A DNA stretch of 63,548 nt, filler included, from Octopus bimaculoides (lineage: Eukaryota): the NCBI RefSeq assembly GCF_001194135.2. It is 4 parts of 4 records of this genome, joined end to end, with 100 filler letters (N's around TTAATTAATTAA, not from the genome) between each part and the next. Parts side by side here need not be neighbours in the genome. Positions count along the whole stretch, not along the records: positions 1 to 30,467 come from NC_068996.1; positions 30,568 to 45,903 come from NC_068983.1; 2 more parts are not named here. One strand, given 5' to 3'. How positions within the stretch are numbered: the stretch's first letter is position 1; every line of letters begins with the position of its first letter. The translations under genes and the position numbers were made by a program. Below the pieces are notes generated by a model. That model had not been told where the DNA came from. It searched no databases and saw only the letters and a list, made by a program, of their open reading frames with translations. Shown here piece after piece: positions 25,431 through 38,890 of the stretch.

Positions 25431-26229
25431 TAATAAAGCTTACCTTTTATTATTAATTATGGAATAAATCCAAGTGCATGTGAGCGTTGTTTAGTCCACA
25501 GACAAACCTCTGTGAATTGATAACCATTGAAAAGACAGTTCTGTCGGAGCACGTTGCCATGAAAACGACTAAGCCTTATAAAGCCCAGCCACCATGCAGG
25601 ATGAGAATGGGTATCTGGCAAAGGGAAACGTCATGCGGGAACATGCACTGGTAAGGATAACGATGGCGAGAGACATGCAAACGTGTGGATTGCAATAGTG
25701 AAGTGGTGAGTCATGTGAGCGTAGAATACCGACAGCTCATGCACGATCAACCGTTACACCCGCATATTCTCCATCGGCCAATCACACTTGTTATATAAGT
25801 GTAATTAGCAAATGAGTGTGTAGGAGTGGCGTGGGTTTTTGAGGTCAACGACAAAAAAGGATGATAGCATGGAAAAAATTGAAAGTCTTGAAATTTTAAA
25901 ACTTAACTGTCTCAAGCCACCCGTTTTCACGATACCTCAGCATTCCTTCGCAATCCCCCAAAAATCGCTTGAGAACCAGTGCACTGAAGGAATTCTATCA
26001 CATATTTTACTTTGTTCGCGAAAATTATGCGTGAAAGTTTGACTTTTCTTGCTATGTCATTTGTGATTTCCTTTACTCATGATTCACTTTAACCGCGTTT
26101 GATATAATGGCGTACAAAATCATTTGCACGTTTCCAGTAATCCCCTTCATCAGTACAAATCCGTTTTATCCTCAATAATAATAATAATTTTAATAATGGT
26201 AATACTAATAACGACGACAACAACAACAA

Positions 26230-26370
26230 GACATCAAATTATTCCTGTAGTTATTGGTGCACTTGGCACAGCACATGCTAAATAAAAGGCTGAAAGTAAT
26301 TGGAATTGAAGCTCACGTTGTCGATCTGCAGAAAAGTACCATCCTATATTCTGTAAAGTCCTCAAGGTAA
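26230..26370 (+). mobile_element. RLE-type LINE 3' fragment
   Basis: IPVVIGALGT...VVDLQKSTIL, directly after an (AAT/AAC)n tract. Confidence 0.6.
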
Positions 26371-26959
26371 AATACCTGTAAACCAAATAAGCATGCACTA
26401 GCGAAATAGTTTCCCACCGCTCTCACTGTGGTAACAAGAACATATTTGACCTCTGCTGACCTCATGGGTGTGACCGCTCCTTTGTTGATGCTGCAGGCAT
26501 GCGACTGTTCCTTGCCAGTAGCATCTGCTCAACCTATTTACAGACGTCCACCAAGTTGCTTCACTTCTTCCTACTATCCCCCCAACCCTCATGTATTAAA
26601 AGTCAAAACTAAACATATGATAATATTGCACAGTAGCAGGAGTACACTGGTAGACTTTATTTAATTTTGCTTGTCCCTGGCAGCAGCTCATAACAATGAT
26701 GATAACGGCTACACTGCTGCTGTAGCTACAAAGGGTGGCCGCAAGTACAGAGACTGCGACAGTAGTAGTGATAATCAACGATGGCCACTACCGTTTAGGT
26801 AATTCTAAACATACAGAATCACAATTATCATTGATGAGGAACCTTCTTCCACTGTTACATATGTTTAACCTATTTCCCTTCGATGGCAGAATCCTCAGCA
26901 TATAGAATCTTCATGATGTGCCAAAAGCTGAGGATATCTTAGAAACAGCTCTCAGAGAC

Positions 26960-27890
26960 TAAACTAAGGGGGAGTAAAAATGTAAAACAGATTAGGTTTA
27001 TCCGTGGAAAGAAAAGCCTGCGAAAAAGACCACAGTAACCTCAAGCAGAGAAAGAAACACATGAGAGCAAAGCGCTCTCTCCCCCTTTCTCTCTCTTTCT
27101 CTCTTTCTCTCTCTCTCGAATTTATAGGATCATGCTCAAAGTGGTTTCTTCATTCACGCGTACCATCTTTGCTACATTCGCCTACCTTTTTTTGAAACTT
27201 TCATGAGACAAAACTTCCCTCTCTATTCTCACCTTCCTTTTCAAGTGGTACTTGAAAAAGTAGATGAGCGATTGACCAGAGAGGCAAGTGTTTGTCTCTA
27301 AACCTTTCGCACGAGTCCACCACATACATTGTTTCACTACAATGAAAACCGCCTTGCCATCCCGGTTAAAGAAAAGTGGCGTGGCAATATTTACGATAAC
27401 CTCGGCCGATAACCGAATTTGTCCCACACGTTACAGCAACTTTTCAACATAAGCCCACGGGTCTGAAATGGTTGGACACTGCACGAGTACGTGCAGAACA
27501 GTTTCGTCGCTCTAACTGCATTTTGAGCAAGTCGGTCTGGTGTTTCTTGAACCGTACCTGTAGAGCTTATCCCGAACGGGCAATGCTTCCCGATAGCATT
27601 GCCAGTCCAGGTATCTCTGGTGATTGTCCATAGGTCCCGGCCCGAAAGTGGTCCTGAAGAGGTAGGTCAGGTGTTCTTCGTCGACGCACCTCCCCTCCAC
27701 TAATCCCCTATAGAACGCCTTCATGGAATTGAAGACGCATAAGTTTGGTCCCGGGCGGCATAGTTGCTCGAGAGCAAGGCGATACTCGCGGTGCCATTCG
27801 CCTAGCCTCGGTCTCTGTTTGATCCATGCCTGCAATTCGGCCAAAGAGATTAGCTGAGGGAAAGCGCATCTCACAAACAATGACCACACC
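26960..27890 (-). mobile_element. 3' fragment of an L1/Tx1-like LINE
   Basis: WQCYREALPVRDKLYRYG...PTCSKC and LKRKVRIEREVL. Homologous to 59043-59858. Confidence 0.8.
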
Positions 27891-29344
27891 TATTCTTTTG
27901 TCGAGTGTTCCTTTGCGCTTTCTTCCGTATCAAATCTTACCTCGATTGTTTTAAAAGCCTATATGGGCTGTAGACATTTTTCAACTGTTTCTTGAGTGGT
28001 CTGTTCTAATTTTTTAATTTTTTGTGTTCAGGTTTTTGTAAATAATAGTTTTTTTGGAAAAATGCTTTCTTGTGTGTTCAGTTTAATGGTTCTGTCTTCT
28101 TTGTATAATGACTGTTTACATTGTAGAAATTCTTCCTTATTAATAATTTGGTTGCCTTTTCCTAACGCCAACCAGCCCACAGAGTGGACCCAGTACTTTT
28201 TATATGACACCAGCACAGGCAAGCTTTCGATAGGGTCAACCATCGTTACTTGGAGGCTGTGCTTAGAGCGGCTAGTTTCGGTCACGTCTTCCACGGTATT
28301 TCTCAATTACTGTTCATATAAGCTAATTGGTTAGCATATTTTTGCTCTATAATATATCTATTATCAGCTATATTAAATTAACCTTTAGTTTACATTCCTA
28401 ACTAAATTTATACTCTCATTTTATTTAATATTAATTATTATGCAATTATTTGTACCTATTATACGTATGTTTAGCCTGATGAACACAACTCATTACTCTT
28501 TCACGCCAGTGGATAATAAATTTAAGTTTTGATGTAATAATCTGGTAGCTTTCTTCAACACACATTTCGTATCTTTTGTATGGTTTTGCCCAACTAATTA
28601 TTTTCCAGGTTAGTCGGTCCATTCGAAAATCCCGTATGCAGCAGTTTTCTCATTACTGCTATACATAGTGTTTTACTGTTAATTTTCTAATTTATGCGGG
28701 TTAATTGGGCTGTATCTACATTTGGAGGTGATATTTCAGGTAATGGTAAGGACTGCATTTGCTGCAGGAACAAACTGTGTTCCTTATGTGTCAATGTTGT
28801 CTTTCATTTTTGATATTTTTGCATTAACTTCCCAACTTTATCTAGTGTAAATACTAGATCAGTTGCAGAAAGTAAAAAAAAAATGACAGACCTTGAATTC
28901 TCGGTCATATTTTCAACATTATCAAAACTCTGCATGGTGCAAACCGCAATTTAGTTTCATAGATGTAGGTTATAAGAGTTTCTATTCCATTGTGAGGAGG
29001 CATAAATTCTGATACATACTTTACTTTTAAAACTTTTAAAACTTTTCAAAATTAAAATGATACCGATTCATCACGGTTATCATTTCATATTGAAAAAATT
29101 CTGTTATACCTACTGAAAACATTTTAATTGTGCCGTACAGAGAAGTTTTTACTAATGATATAGCCATATTCACACTAAAGCATTCATCAAATTTCCACAA
29201 GAAACCAGTAATCATGTAAAATTATGAGTTAAACCATGTTAATAACCCAGTTAAACCTAGTAAACTCTGATTAAATAACTTACAAATGAAGATTAAATGT
29301 TTCAAGATTGATACTGATAAAAAATATTTATAATTTTCTTTAAG

Positions 29345-29712
29345 TTCTTTTACTTGTTTCAGTCATTTGACTGCAGCCGTGCTGGAGCACCATCTTGAAA
29401 GGCTTTAGTCAAAGAAATTCTATCAGTCCCTTTTGGTGAACTGCTAAGTTACAGGGATGTAAACACACCAAGCAGTGATGGGGGGGGGGTGACAAATACA
29501 AACACAAAAACATGCACACACACACACATAAATGCACATATATATATATCATGGGCTTCTTTCAGTTTCTGTCTACCAAATCTATTCACCATGCTCCAGT
29601 CAGCCCAAAGCTATAGCAAAAGACATTTGCCCAAGGTGCCACACACTGGGACTGAACCAAGAACCATGTGGTTGAGAAGCAAACTTCTTACTACACAGCC
29701 ATACCTGCGCCT
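29345..29712 (-). mobile_element. SINE family B with an internal (CA/TA)n tract
   Basis: Matches 40945-41520 and 45718-45880. Confidence 0.8.
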
Positions 29713-30418
29713 GTGCATATTACTATTTTATTGGAAGTCAATGTTTTCTTTCACTTGAATGCTCGACTGACATGTAATTTGATATATTGATGTATATTTT
29801 GTCCATGAGTGTAAGATTATCTGTTAGTTTTTTATTGTGTTTCTGGAGAGCCATTCTGTTTTAATGCCTTATTTATTAACGTAAGACATTATGTTTCGGT
29901 TCGATTTCCACTTAATTATCTTTTCTAAAATTTTCGCTGTTTCTTGCAAACTCATCAATAGTCATTGACTCTGTCCATTATAGGAGCTGAATTCTTTTTG
30001 TTTGTTTGTTTGTTTGTGCGCGTGTGTGTGCATCAGTGTGTATGTGTATACACATATGTATGTGTGTTATTATTCAGCTTATTTCAAGATTTCTTATCAA
30101 TAGAGAAAGAACTGGTTTCTAACCTAGATCCAAGGTTCCTTCATTGGAATTTCAACATCAACAACAGGGTATTTTTGTATGTATGTATGTATGTATGTAT
30201 GTATGTATGTATGTATGTATGTATGTATGTATGTATGTACAGATTGACCATGTCGTCAAATTCATTCAGTTATTCAAGTTATCCAAGTTTATCACACAGG
30301 CACTTTTTTCTATAATTCTGTCTTAGTTTAGCTGACCGAAAACTCTTAGATTTTTCAATTCCATATTACTATCATCATTTGCTGTCTCGTTTAAACCATG
30401 CTATACAAATCCAAAAAG

Positions 30419-30467
<49 letters not shown>

Positions 30468-30511
30468 NNNNNNNNNNNNNNNNNNNNNNNNNNNNNNNNN
30501 NNNNNNNNNNN

Positions 30512-30523
30512 TTAATTAATTAA
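30512..30523. other. Assembly linker TTAATTAATTAA between N runs (also near 45948 and 61875)
   Basis: The same 12-mer appears isolated between gaps three times. It is palindromic and contains stop codons in all frames. Confidence 0.8.
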
Positions 30524-30567
30524 NNNNNNNNNNNNNNNNNNNNNNNNNNNNNNNNNNNNNNNNNNNN

Positions 30568-30601
<34 letters not shown>

Positions 30602-31239
30602 CTTTATGTGTGTGTCCCACACACGCATGTACACTCACACTCTCACACACACACACATACACACATCCAGTTCTCACCCTAGTTTCCGTAAAGTGCGAGA
30701 TAGTATTTGTTTCTGTTGATGGTGATGTTGATGTTGCCGTTTGGCTCCAGGCCAGACTTGATTAAGCAGAACTATGATCAAAATTGTTACAGCGTTAATC
30801 ATCCTCTCCTTCACTCGCTCATTTTTGTTTTGTAGAAAATTTAGCTGCTATTTTTAGCATGCCGAGCGACAATGTAGAGGCTCCCTGGTTATTTAGGTGA
30901 AAATGAGATCTGTCTACCTTGTCAACTACCAGAGATTTGATGGATTACATTGAGTAAACACAATGATTTCCTGTGAATAATTAATCATCTACGATGACAA
31001 GTACACAATATAATATTGTTTGCGTAGTTTCATTAATAGCAATAAAAAAGAACTTAATAAGCACCATTCGCGTTGACAGCAACGTTGAGTTCCCTGACAA
31101 TAAATGTAAACCTATTTTACCGTGAAAAATCTGTAAAAATATTCCGTTCATTGTTCAAATTTAGCCTAAATAAATCTATTCTGATTTTCAATATGTTGGA
31201 GTCGATAAGATAAGAGTTAATCGAATACGGAAGTAGATA

Positions 31240-31458
31240 TACGAGGTGGGGGCTGAAACGTTCCTGACTTTGAGGCTATCGCAAAAGGCCTGGTTGGAAG
31301 CCCAACCTTCCGAGTTCTTTTACAGGGCTTAGAAAATCTGAAGGACTGCTGCAATAAATGTATGAATCTGGGAGGGGAATATGTCGAATGAAATCATAAT
31401 TAACTGATCTTGTATTTTCTTTTACCCAAAGCCAAGAACTTTCAGTACCCGCTTCATC
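31240..31458. mobile_element. Mariner-derived MITE
   Basis: Degenerate TIRs TACGAGG..GGCTGAAACGTTCCTGACTTTG and CAAAGCCAAGAACTTTCAGTACCC. The interior resembles the mariner C-terminus. Confidence 0.65.
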
Positions 31459-31459
31459 A

Positions 31460-31900
31460 TCTTCAACTTGGAAAACAACCGAAAGTCACAGGAAGCAAAG
31501 TCTGAGCAGTAGCAAAGTAGGGAGGGTGAATGAGTTTCGATGTCCATTTCTGACAAATTGTTGGTCACCTGGATGGAATTGTGGACTGATGCGTTATCCT
31601 GATGCAGATGCCCTGGCCTTTTACAACGAAATTTCTGAAGACCTAGTATCATTGACCGCCTGTCCATAAGGAATCCACAACGTACTATTTGTTGACCGTC
31701 TGTCTGTCCAGTGGATGTGGTTGATGTTCTGCTGACGAAAAAGAGGATCATTATAAGCTTTTCGGTGGACTTGATTTGCCTGGCTTCTTGTGCATGCGAA
31801 AAACAGATATTGGCCTATACAAGTTAATCCATAAGAAGTCTGGAGCATTTCGAAAAATTCTGTAGCATTTTTTGCCCATTTTAACGCAAAAATTTTACTG
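31460..31900 (-). mobile_element. Mariner transposase remnant
   Basis: GKNATEFFEMLQTSYG, HLHQDNASVHNS, and SDFASCDFRLFSKLK. Confidence 0.75.
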
Positions 31901-32119
31901 CGTAACGAGCTTCCAAATTGTCTTCACGTCCCGACCGCATTCTGCAGACTAGTCAGCTATAACAAGCAGTGTTTGGCAATGTATGTTCAAAGTGCTGTTA
32001 TAGCTATCACCTTCAATTTAGAATTACGAAAGTTAGCAGATCAGATCACTAGATCTATAGTAATGATATACTAAAACTACAATAATTTAGAACAGCCTCT
32101 CCTAAAAGTGTCTCAGAAC

Positions 32120-32310
32120 TTCTAGAATGCACCTCGTATTAGACGCACCTAAATTTCAGCAGCGCTTATTCGAGGAAGGAAGTTTTTTATGGCACTAAAA
32201 ACACGTAATTTAAGCCCAACTTCGCTTATAGGACGCTGGGTGATTTTTTTTTCCAAGATAATTTTGCGGGACAAAATGTGCGTCTTATATGCCTTCAAAT
32301 ACGGTGAGTG
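32120..32310. mobile_element. pogo/Tigger-like MITE remnant
   Basis: The end TGCGTCTTATATGCCTTCAAATACGGT and internal TAGACGCAC resemble pogo-type termini. Confidence 0.5.
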
Positions 32311-32629
32311 ATTATCCTTCCCATTGTTAAAAGTTGTAGGCAATGTCTCGGCAAAAATCATTTCTTTGGAATGACGTTTACTACCATTGATCTTCAGATG
32401 GAGCAGAAATCCACCCTTCCTCTTATCCAATCTCGTTGGCCCGGAAAATAGTCTGGTGCGTTACTCTTCCTCTGTAGTTAAACTAAAGGTGAGCAAATTT
32501 TTTTTAAGGGCATGCCTGATTGAAGATGTTGTTGTTTAATGGGTCAAAGCGAATAAAATATGAAGACATAATCAAGCAAATGCGCAGAAAAAGTTGATTT
32601 TTCATTTTATGATTATATATTTATATAAA

Positions 32630-32700
32630 TGCCGATGCGGTTGTGTGGTAAGAAGTTTGCTTTCCAACCACATGGTTCCAGGTTCAGTCCCACTGCATAG
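32630..32700 (+). mobile_element. SINE family B head fragment
   Basis: GTGTGGTAAGAAGTTTGCTTTCCAACCACATGGTTCCAGGTTCAGTCCCACTGC. Confidence 0.7.
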
Positions 32701-33129
32701 GCAGACATATACGTCACTGCTTATAAGTTGTAAAATTGCTAATTAGTCNNNNNNNNNNNNNNNNNNNNNNNNNNNNNNNNNNNNNNNNNNNNNNNNNNNN
32801 NNNNNNNNNNNNNNNNNNNNNNNNNNNNNNNNNNNNNNNNNNNNNNNNNNNNNNNNNNNNNNNNNNNNNNNNNNNNNNNNNNNNNNNNNNNNNNNNNNNN
32901 NNNNNNNNNNNNNNNNNNNNNNNNNNNNNNNNNNNNNNNNNNNNNNNNNNNNNNNNNNNNNNNNNNNNNNNNNNNNNNNNNNNNNNNNNNNNNNNNNNNN
33001 NNNNNNNNNNNNNNNNNNNNNNNNNNNNNNNNNNNNNNNNNNNNNNNNNNNNNNNNNNNNNNNNNNNNNNNNNNNNNNNNNNNNNNNNNNNNNNNNNNNN
33101 NNNNNNNNNNNNNNNNNNNNNNNNNNNNN

Positions 33130-34604
<1,475 letters not shown>

Positions 34605-34834
34605 GAAGAGTAAAAAAGAAACAAGAAAAATACACATTCCATGAATTTCTTCCATGCTGTAATTGTTTTTTGTTTATAAGCTACGTCTCAATTCATAAAA
34701 CGTATGATAGATGTACTGCAAGCTAAGTCATGCTGATGGTTTCTAAAATGAACAAAATAGGCTATGTATGGCTACCAAATACTAGAGATTTTAAGAACTT
34801 TATAACAAGTAAGCAAAAGAGTAATAATAATAAT

Positions 34835-35092
34835 AGAGTCAAAATTAAAAGAAGAGTGCCATTGTTATCTAGTGAACGATATTTCGACATCTCGTGTATC
34901 TTCAACTGGTTCAGGAGGAGTTACCTCAATCCTTTCTATATTGACCAAAATGAAGTAGATTGACAAATTTAGTTTTGAACCAGTTGAAGACACACGAAAT
35001 GTTGAAATATCGTTCACTAGATAGCAATGGCACTATTCTTTTAATTTTGACTCTATATCTTCAGGAGGAGTTACCTCAATTCTTTCTATATT
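34835..35092. repeat. Second locus of the 151-bp satellite, inverted internally and flanked by (AAT)n
   Basis: Same monomer as 12225-13830. Hammerhead-like folds at 34873-34913 (-) and 34976-35016 (+), here with core CAGUUGAA. Confidence 0.9.
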
Positions 35093-35148
<56 letters not shown>

Positions 35149-35427
35149 TGTATATTCTATGTCTGGTCTTCCTACTTCATTAATTTCAAAATCAAACTTC
35201 TTATCCCGCCAAATATTAGAAAAAAAAACGATTATCTCCTCTGTTTCAGCTGTCCGCTGCGTAATTCCATGTATACATACTGAAATATATGGTTAAGTAT
35301 ATGAATGTTCACAATTTTACTGCTTCTTCATTGATCCTAATGCGTTACATATTGTGTATGGGTCTATAACTATAAGCCCATCATAAGCCCATCATTATGT
35401 GTATATCACATAAGTGTATGTATGTAT

Positions 35428-35822
35428 GCGGCGAGCTGACAGGAACGATAGCTTGCCGGGCGAAATTCTTATCAGTATTTCGTCTGCCGTTACGTTCTGA
35501 ATTCAAATTCCGCCGAGGACGACTTTGCCTTTCATCTTTTCGGGGTCAATAGATTAAGTACCAGTTACGCACTGGAGTCGATGTAATCGACTTAATCCCT
35601 TTGTCTGTCCTTGTTTGTCCCCTCTATGTTTAGCCCCTTGTGGGCAATAAAGAAATAAGAAACGTTAGCACGCCGGGATAAATGTTTAGCGGTATTTCGT
35701 CTGCCGTTACGTTCTGAGTTCGAATTCCTCCGAGGTCGACTTTGTCTTTTAAATAAGTACCAGTTACGCACTGGGGTCGATGTAATCGACTTAATCCCCT
35801 TTGTCTGCCCTTGTTTGTCCCC
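35428..35822 (+). mobile_element. Two tandem copies of SINE family A
   Basis: Units at 35428-35658 and 35659-35822, with B-box-like GTTCAAAT/GTTCGAAT. Confidence 0.8.
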
Positions 35823-35991
35823 AGCTTTATTAATAAAGCATATTGCTCTACCTCAGGTATTCGAGTACTATTTTTTCCACCTTATTTCACATTTATGTAC
35901 TTACTCTGGTGTATATATATTGATATATACACACTCACACACACGTGCATACACACATACAATATGAACATACATATACATATACATACAT

Positions 35992-36044
<53 letters not shown>

Positions 36045-36826
36045 TGTGCAATTTTGTACGTATCTATGTACGTGTGCGTGCACAATAAGCACAGACGTTC
36101 CGATATGCATGCGTTTCTGTCTTTTGATCTCTATGTTTGCCAGTGTACCTACCTGTCTACATTCTACAAACAAAATACACACACGCGCGCGCGCACGCAC
36201 ACACACACACACACACACATACATATACACACACGCACACACATACAGATGCACTATTTTCCTTTGCTGAACACTCCTCAAATCTCTTTCACATGCATCA
36301 ACCATAACATATGGCAGTTNNNNNNNNNNTATTTTCCTTTGCTGAACACTCCTCAAATCTCTTTCACATGCATCAACCATAACATATGGCAGTTATGCGT
36401 GTCGCTGTAGTCGAGTTATTCTCGGCACTGTGTGTGTGTGTGTGTATGCACTCGTGCGTGCGTGTGTACGTGTGTATGCGTGCGTGCGCTTATGTATGTA
36501 TCTCTCTTCCTTCTCTCTGTGTCTCTCCATATTTATAAGCATACATACAAATATATATATATATACATTTACGCAGCGATAGAAGAGAAGTGAGTAATTG
36601 TATGTANNNNNNNNNNNNNNNNNNNNNNNNNNNNNNNNNNNNNNNNNNNNNNNNNNNNNNNNNNNNNNNNNNNNNNNNNNNNNNNNNNNNNNNNNNNNNN
36701 NNNNNNNNNNNNNNNNNNNNNNNNNNNNNNNNNNNNNNNNNNNNNNNNNNNNNNNNNNNNNNNNNNNNNNNNNNNNNNNNNNNNNNNNNNNNNNNNNNNN
36801 NNNNNNNNNNNNNNNNNNNNNNNNNG

Positions 36827-36857
<31 letters not shown>

Positions 36858-37649
36858 TTACGCAGCGATAGAAGAGAAGTGAGTAATTGTATGTACGTGT
36901 GTGTGTTTGTCTGTAAGTGCGTGAGTATGTGTATCTTTGTGTGTTTATGTGTGCGGTTATTTTCCTATTACACATTATTTGCGGTTGCCACTGGTTACTT
37001 TATTCTTATAATAGCGAAAACTTTCCAGCCCTGACAAATTGTATAGAGATGCAATAAGAATAGAGATGTCACCGACGACCACGACGACGGCAACGAGACC
37101 AACGTTGACAAGTCATACCCGAATAACTAAACAGTGACAGACACACAGAAATAAACTCACACACATCCACATTCAAAGACAATGCAATGCAGCAAAATAG
37201 CATCCTAGATTCAGCTTTCCTGATAAACGTTTCGAAAGAAACACACAGAGCTCACTGATCCAAACCGTGATGGTGACTGAAGAAAAAGCTCTAAAACATT
37301 ATATATACGAAGGCCACCATTATCGTCTGCCTGTAGTCACCAGCGCCATATTAATGACCTTCCCACCCCGGGCCCCCAAGCCTGTACAGAATTATACAGC
37401 AGAGCCAAAAATGTTTCCCCCATAAAAGCATTGCTCAGAGTAGACCCCCTCGGCCCCTCCAACACTACTGTATCTCAAGCGTATATATCAAGGTGGCTGC
37501 CTTTCTATGATGCTGTTTATGCTTTCAGTTAATTCGTTGTCCCGTTTCTTGAAAAAATCTAAAGGGTACGTTGTCTCTCACTGAAAAACAAAGAACTAAC
37601 TAGCTCCTTCTTTATGGATAGTCGGAAAGTATATGCAAAAATAACGAAC

Positions 37650-37741
37650 GGTTACAGCATATTGTGGTTACAGCCTATTGTTCTGGTTACAGCATATTGT
37701 GGTTACAGCCTATTGTCCTGGTTGCAGTGTATTGTGGTTAA
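37650..37741 (+). repeat. Short minisatellite of alternating 16- and 19-bp units (GGTTACAGC...)
   Basis: GGTTACAGCATATTGT alternates with GGTTACAGCCTATTGT(T/C)CT. Confidence 0.85.
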
Positions 37742-38227
37742 TATATTTGTCTGATATGGATCTTCATATCGTTTCTGCTATTTTTTTTCAGGACATCATT
37801 TCACCTTTCGGAGGAAACAGCATATTTCCGAAGTGTCATCTTGTCATTCCAGACAGTTTTCTTATCCAATATCATATAAAGCTTACACTGAAGCAAACAC
37901 CCTCCGTCAGCGGTCGATTTAAAATCACAACCGTTTCGACACTTTTCAACAGTACCACTTCTCCCATCCGTACTCACCGGCACTGAAGCTACCAGGACTT
38001 GCCTGAATTTTTTTATGGCATAAATTGTAGTATACTACATTACTTGTTGATCTTATTGCTGCAATCACTACACCAAGATGGCTGCAGCTGTAACCATTCC
38101 AAATTTGCAGCAGCTATTTTGTTTCACTGCTCTCTGAGCATGAAATGTTCTTCTCTCTCTCACTTCCATTCTTTGCATACATATACGTACATACATACAT
38201 AACAAACGAACTGACTGACTGACAGTC

Positions 38228-38493
38228 CGTCGGTTACGACAACGAGGGTTCTTAATCCGATCAACGGAAACTAACATGCAAGTGGATGGAACACTTCCAT
38301 AGTCACGTGTATCGTTGACGTATTTCAGCGTGACACAATGCCAACCCTTGGAAATACAGTTACAACGCATTTTTAGCAGCCGAGTGGACTGGAGAAGCAT
38401 GAAATCAAGTGTCTTGCTCAAAGACACAACGCCGAGAATCGAACTCTCAATCATGCAATCGTGAGCCGAATACTCTAACCAATAAGCCACACG
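38228..38493 (-). mobile_element. tRNA-derived SINE (family D) with a conserved central domain and an RTE-like tail
   Basis: A box TGGCTTATTGG, B box GAGTTCGATTC, central TTGAGCAAGACACT, and tail AACCCTCGTTGTCGTAACCGACGGA. Confidence 0.7.
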
Positions 38494-38724
38494 CCTTCAT
38501 ACAAACAAACATACATGCATACATACATATATTCATACATACATACATACATACATACATACATACACACATATATACATACATATATACATACATACAT
38601 ACGTACGTACGTACATGCATACATACATACATACAAACATACAAAAGAGAAAGAGTGCAGCTATGCACCATTAAAAGGGTGTTTGTAAATTTAATACCCA
38701 AGATATACTTTTAGTCTCATATCT

Positions 38725-38890
38725 ATTATTACCAGAGCAACAAGATACATACCAACCCAGCTGGAGCAATATATGGATAAATTTGGCATCTTGGGGAGAG
38801 AACGCAAATCCTTAATCCATACTCTACAAATGATCACGATATGTGGGACTATAAAAATCTGTAAGAGCTTTTTAAGATTTAAAGGAAGAT
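38725..38890 (+). mobile_element. Possible C-terminal fragment of an RLE-type LINE of a different clade
   Basis: LIHTLQMITICGTIKICKSFLRF resembles RLE C-termini. The fragment is short. Confidence 0.4.

Noticed and set aside
30512-30523. Palindromic TTAATTAATTAA recurring three times
   Set aside because: It is always isolated between N runs, so it is a scaffolding linker and not biological.
36255-36394. 65-bp direct repeat around a 10-N gap, and a similar duplication around the gap at 36607-36825
   Set aside because: Typical of unmerged contig overlap.
37650-37741. CRISPR-like regular repeats
   Set aside because: No unique spacers, no cas genes, and a eukaryotic context.
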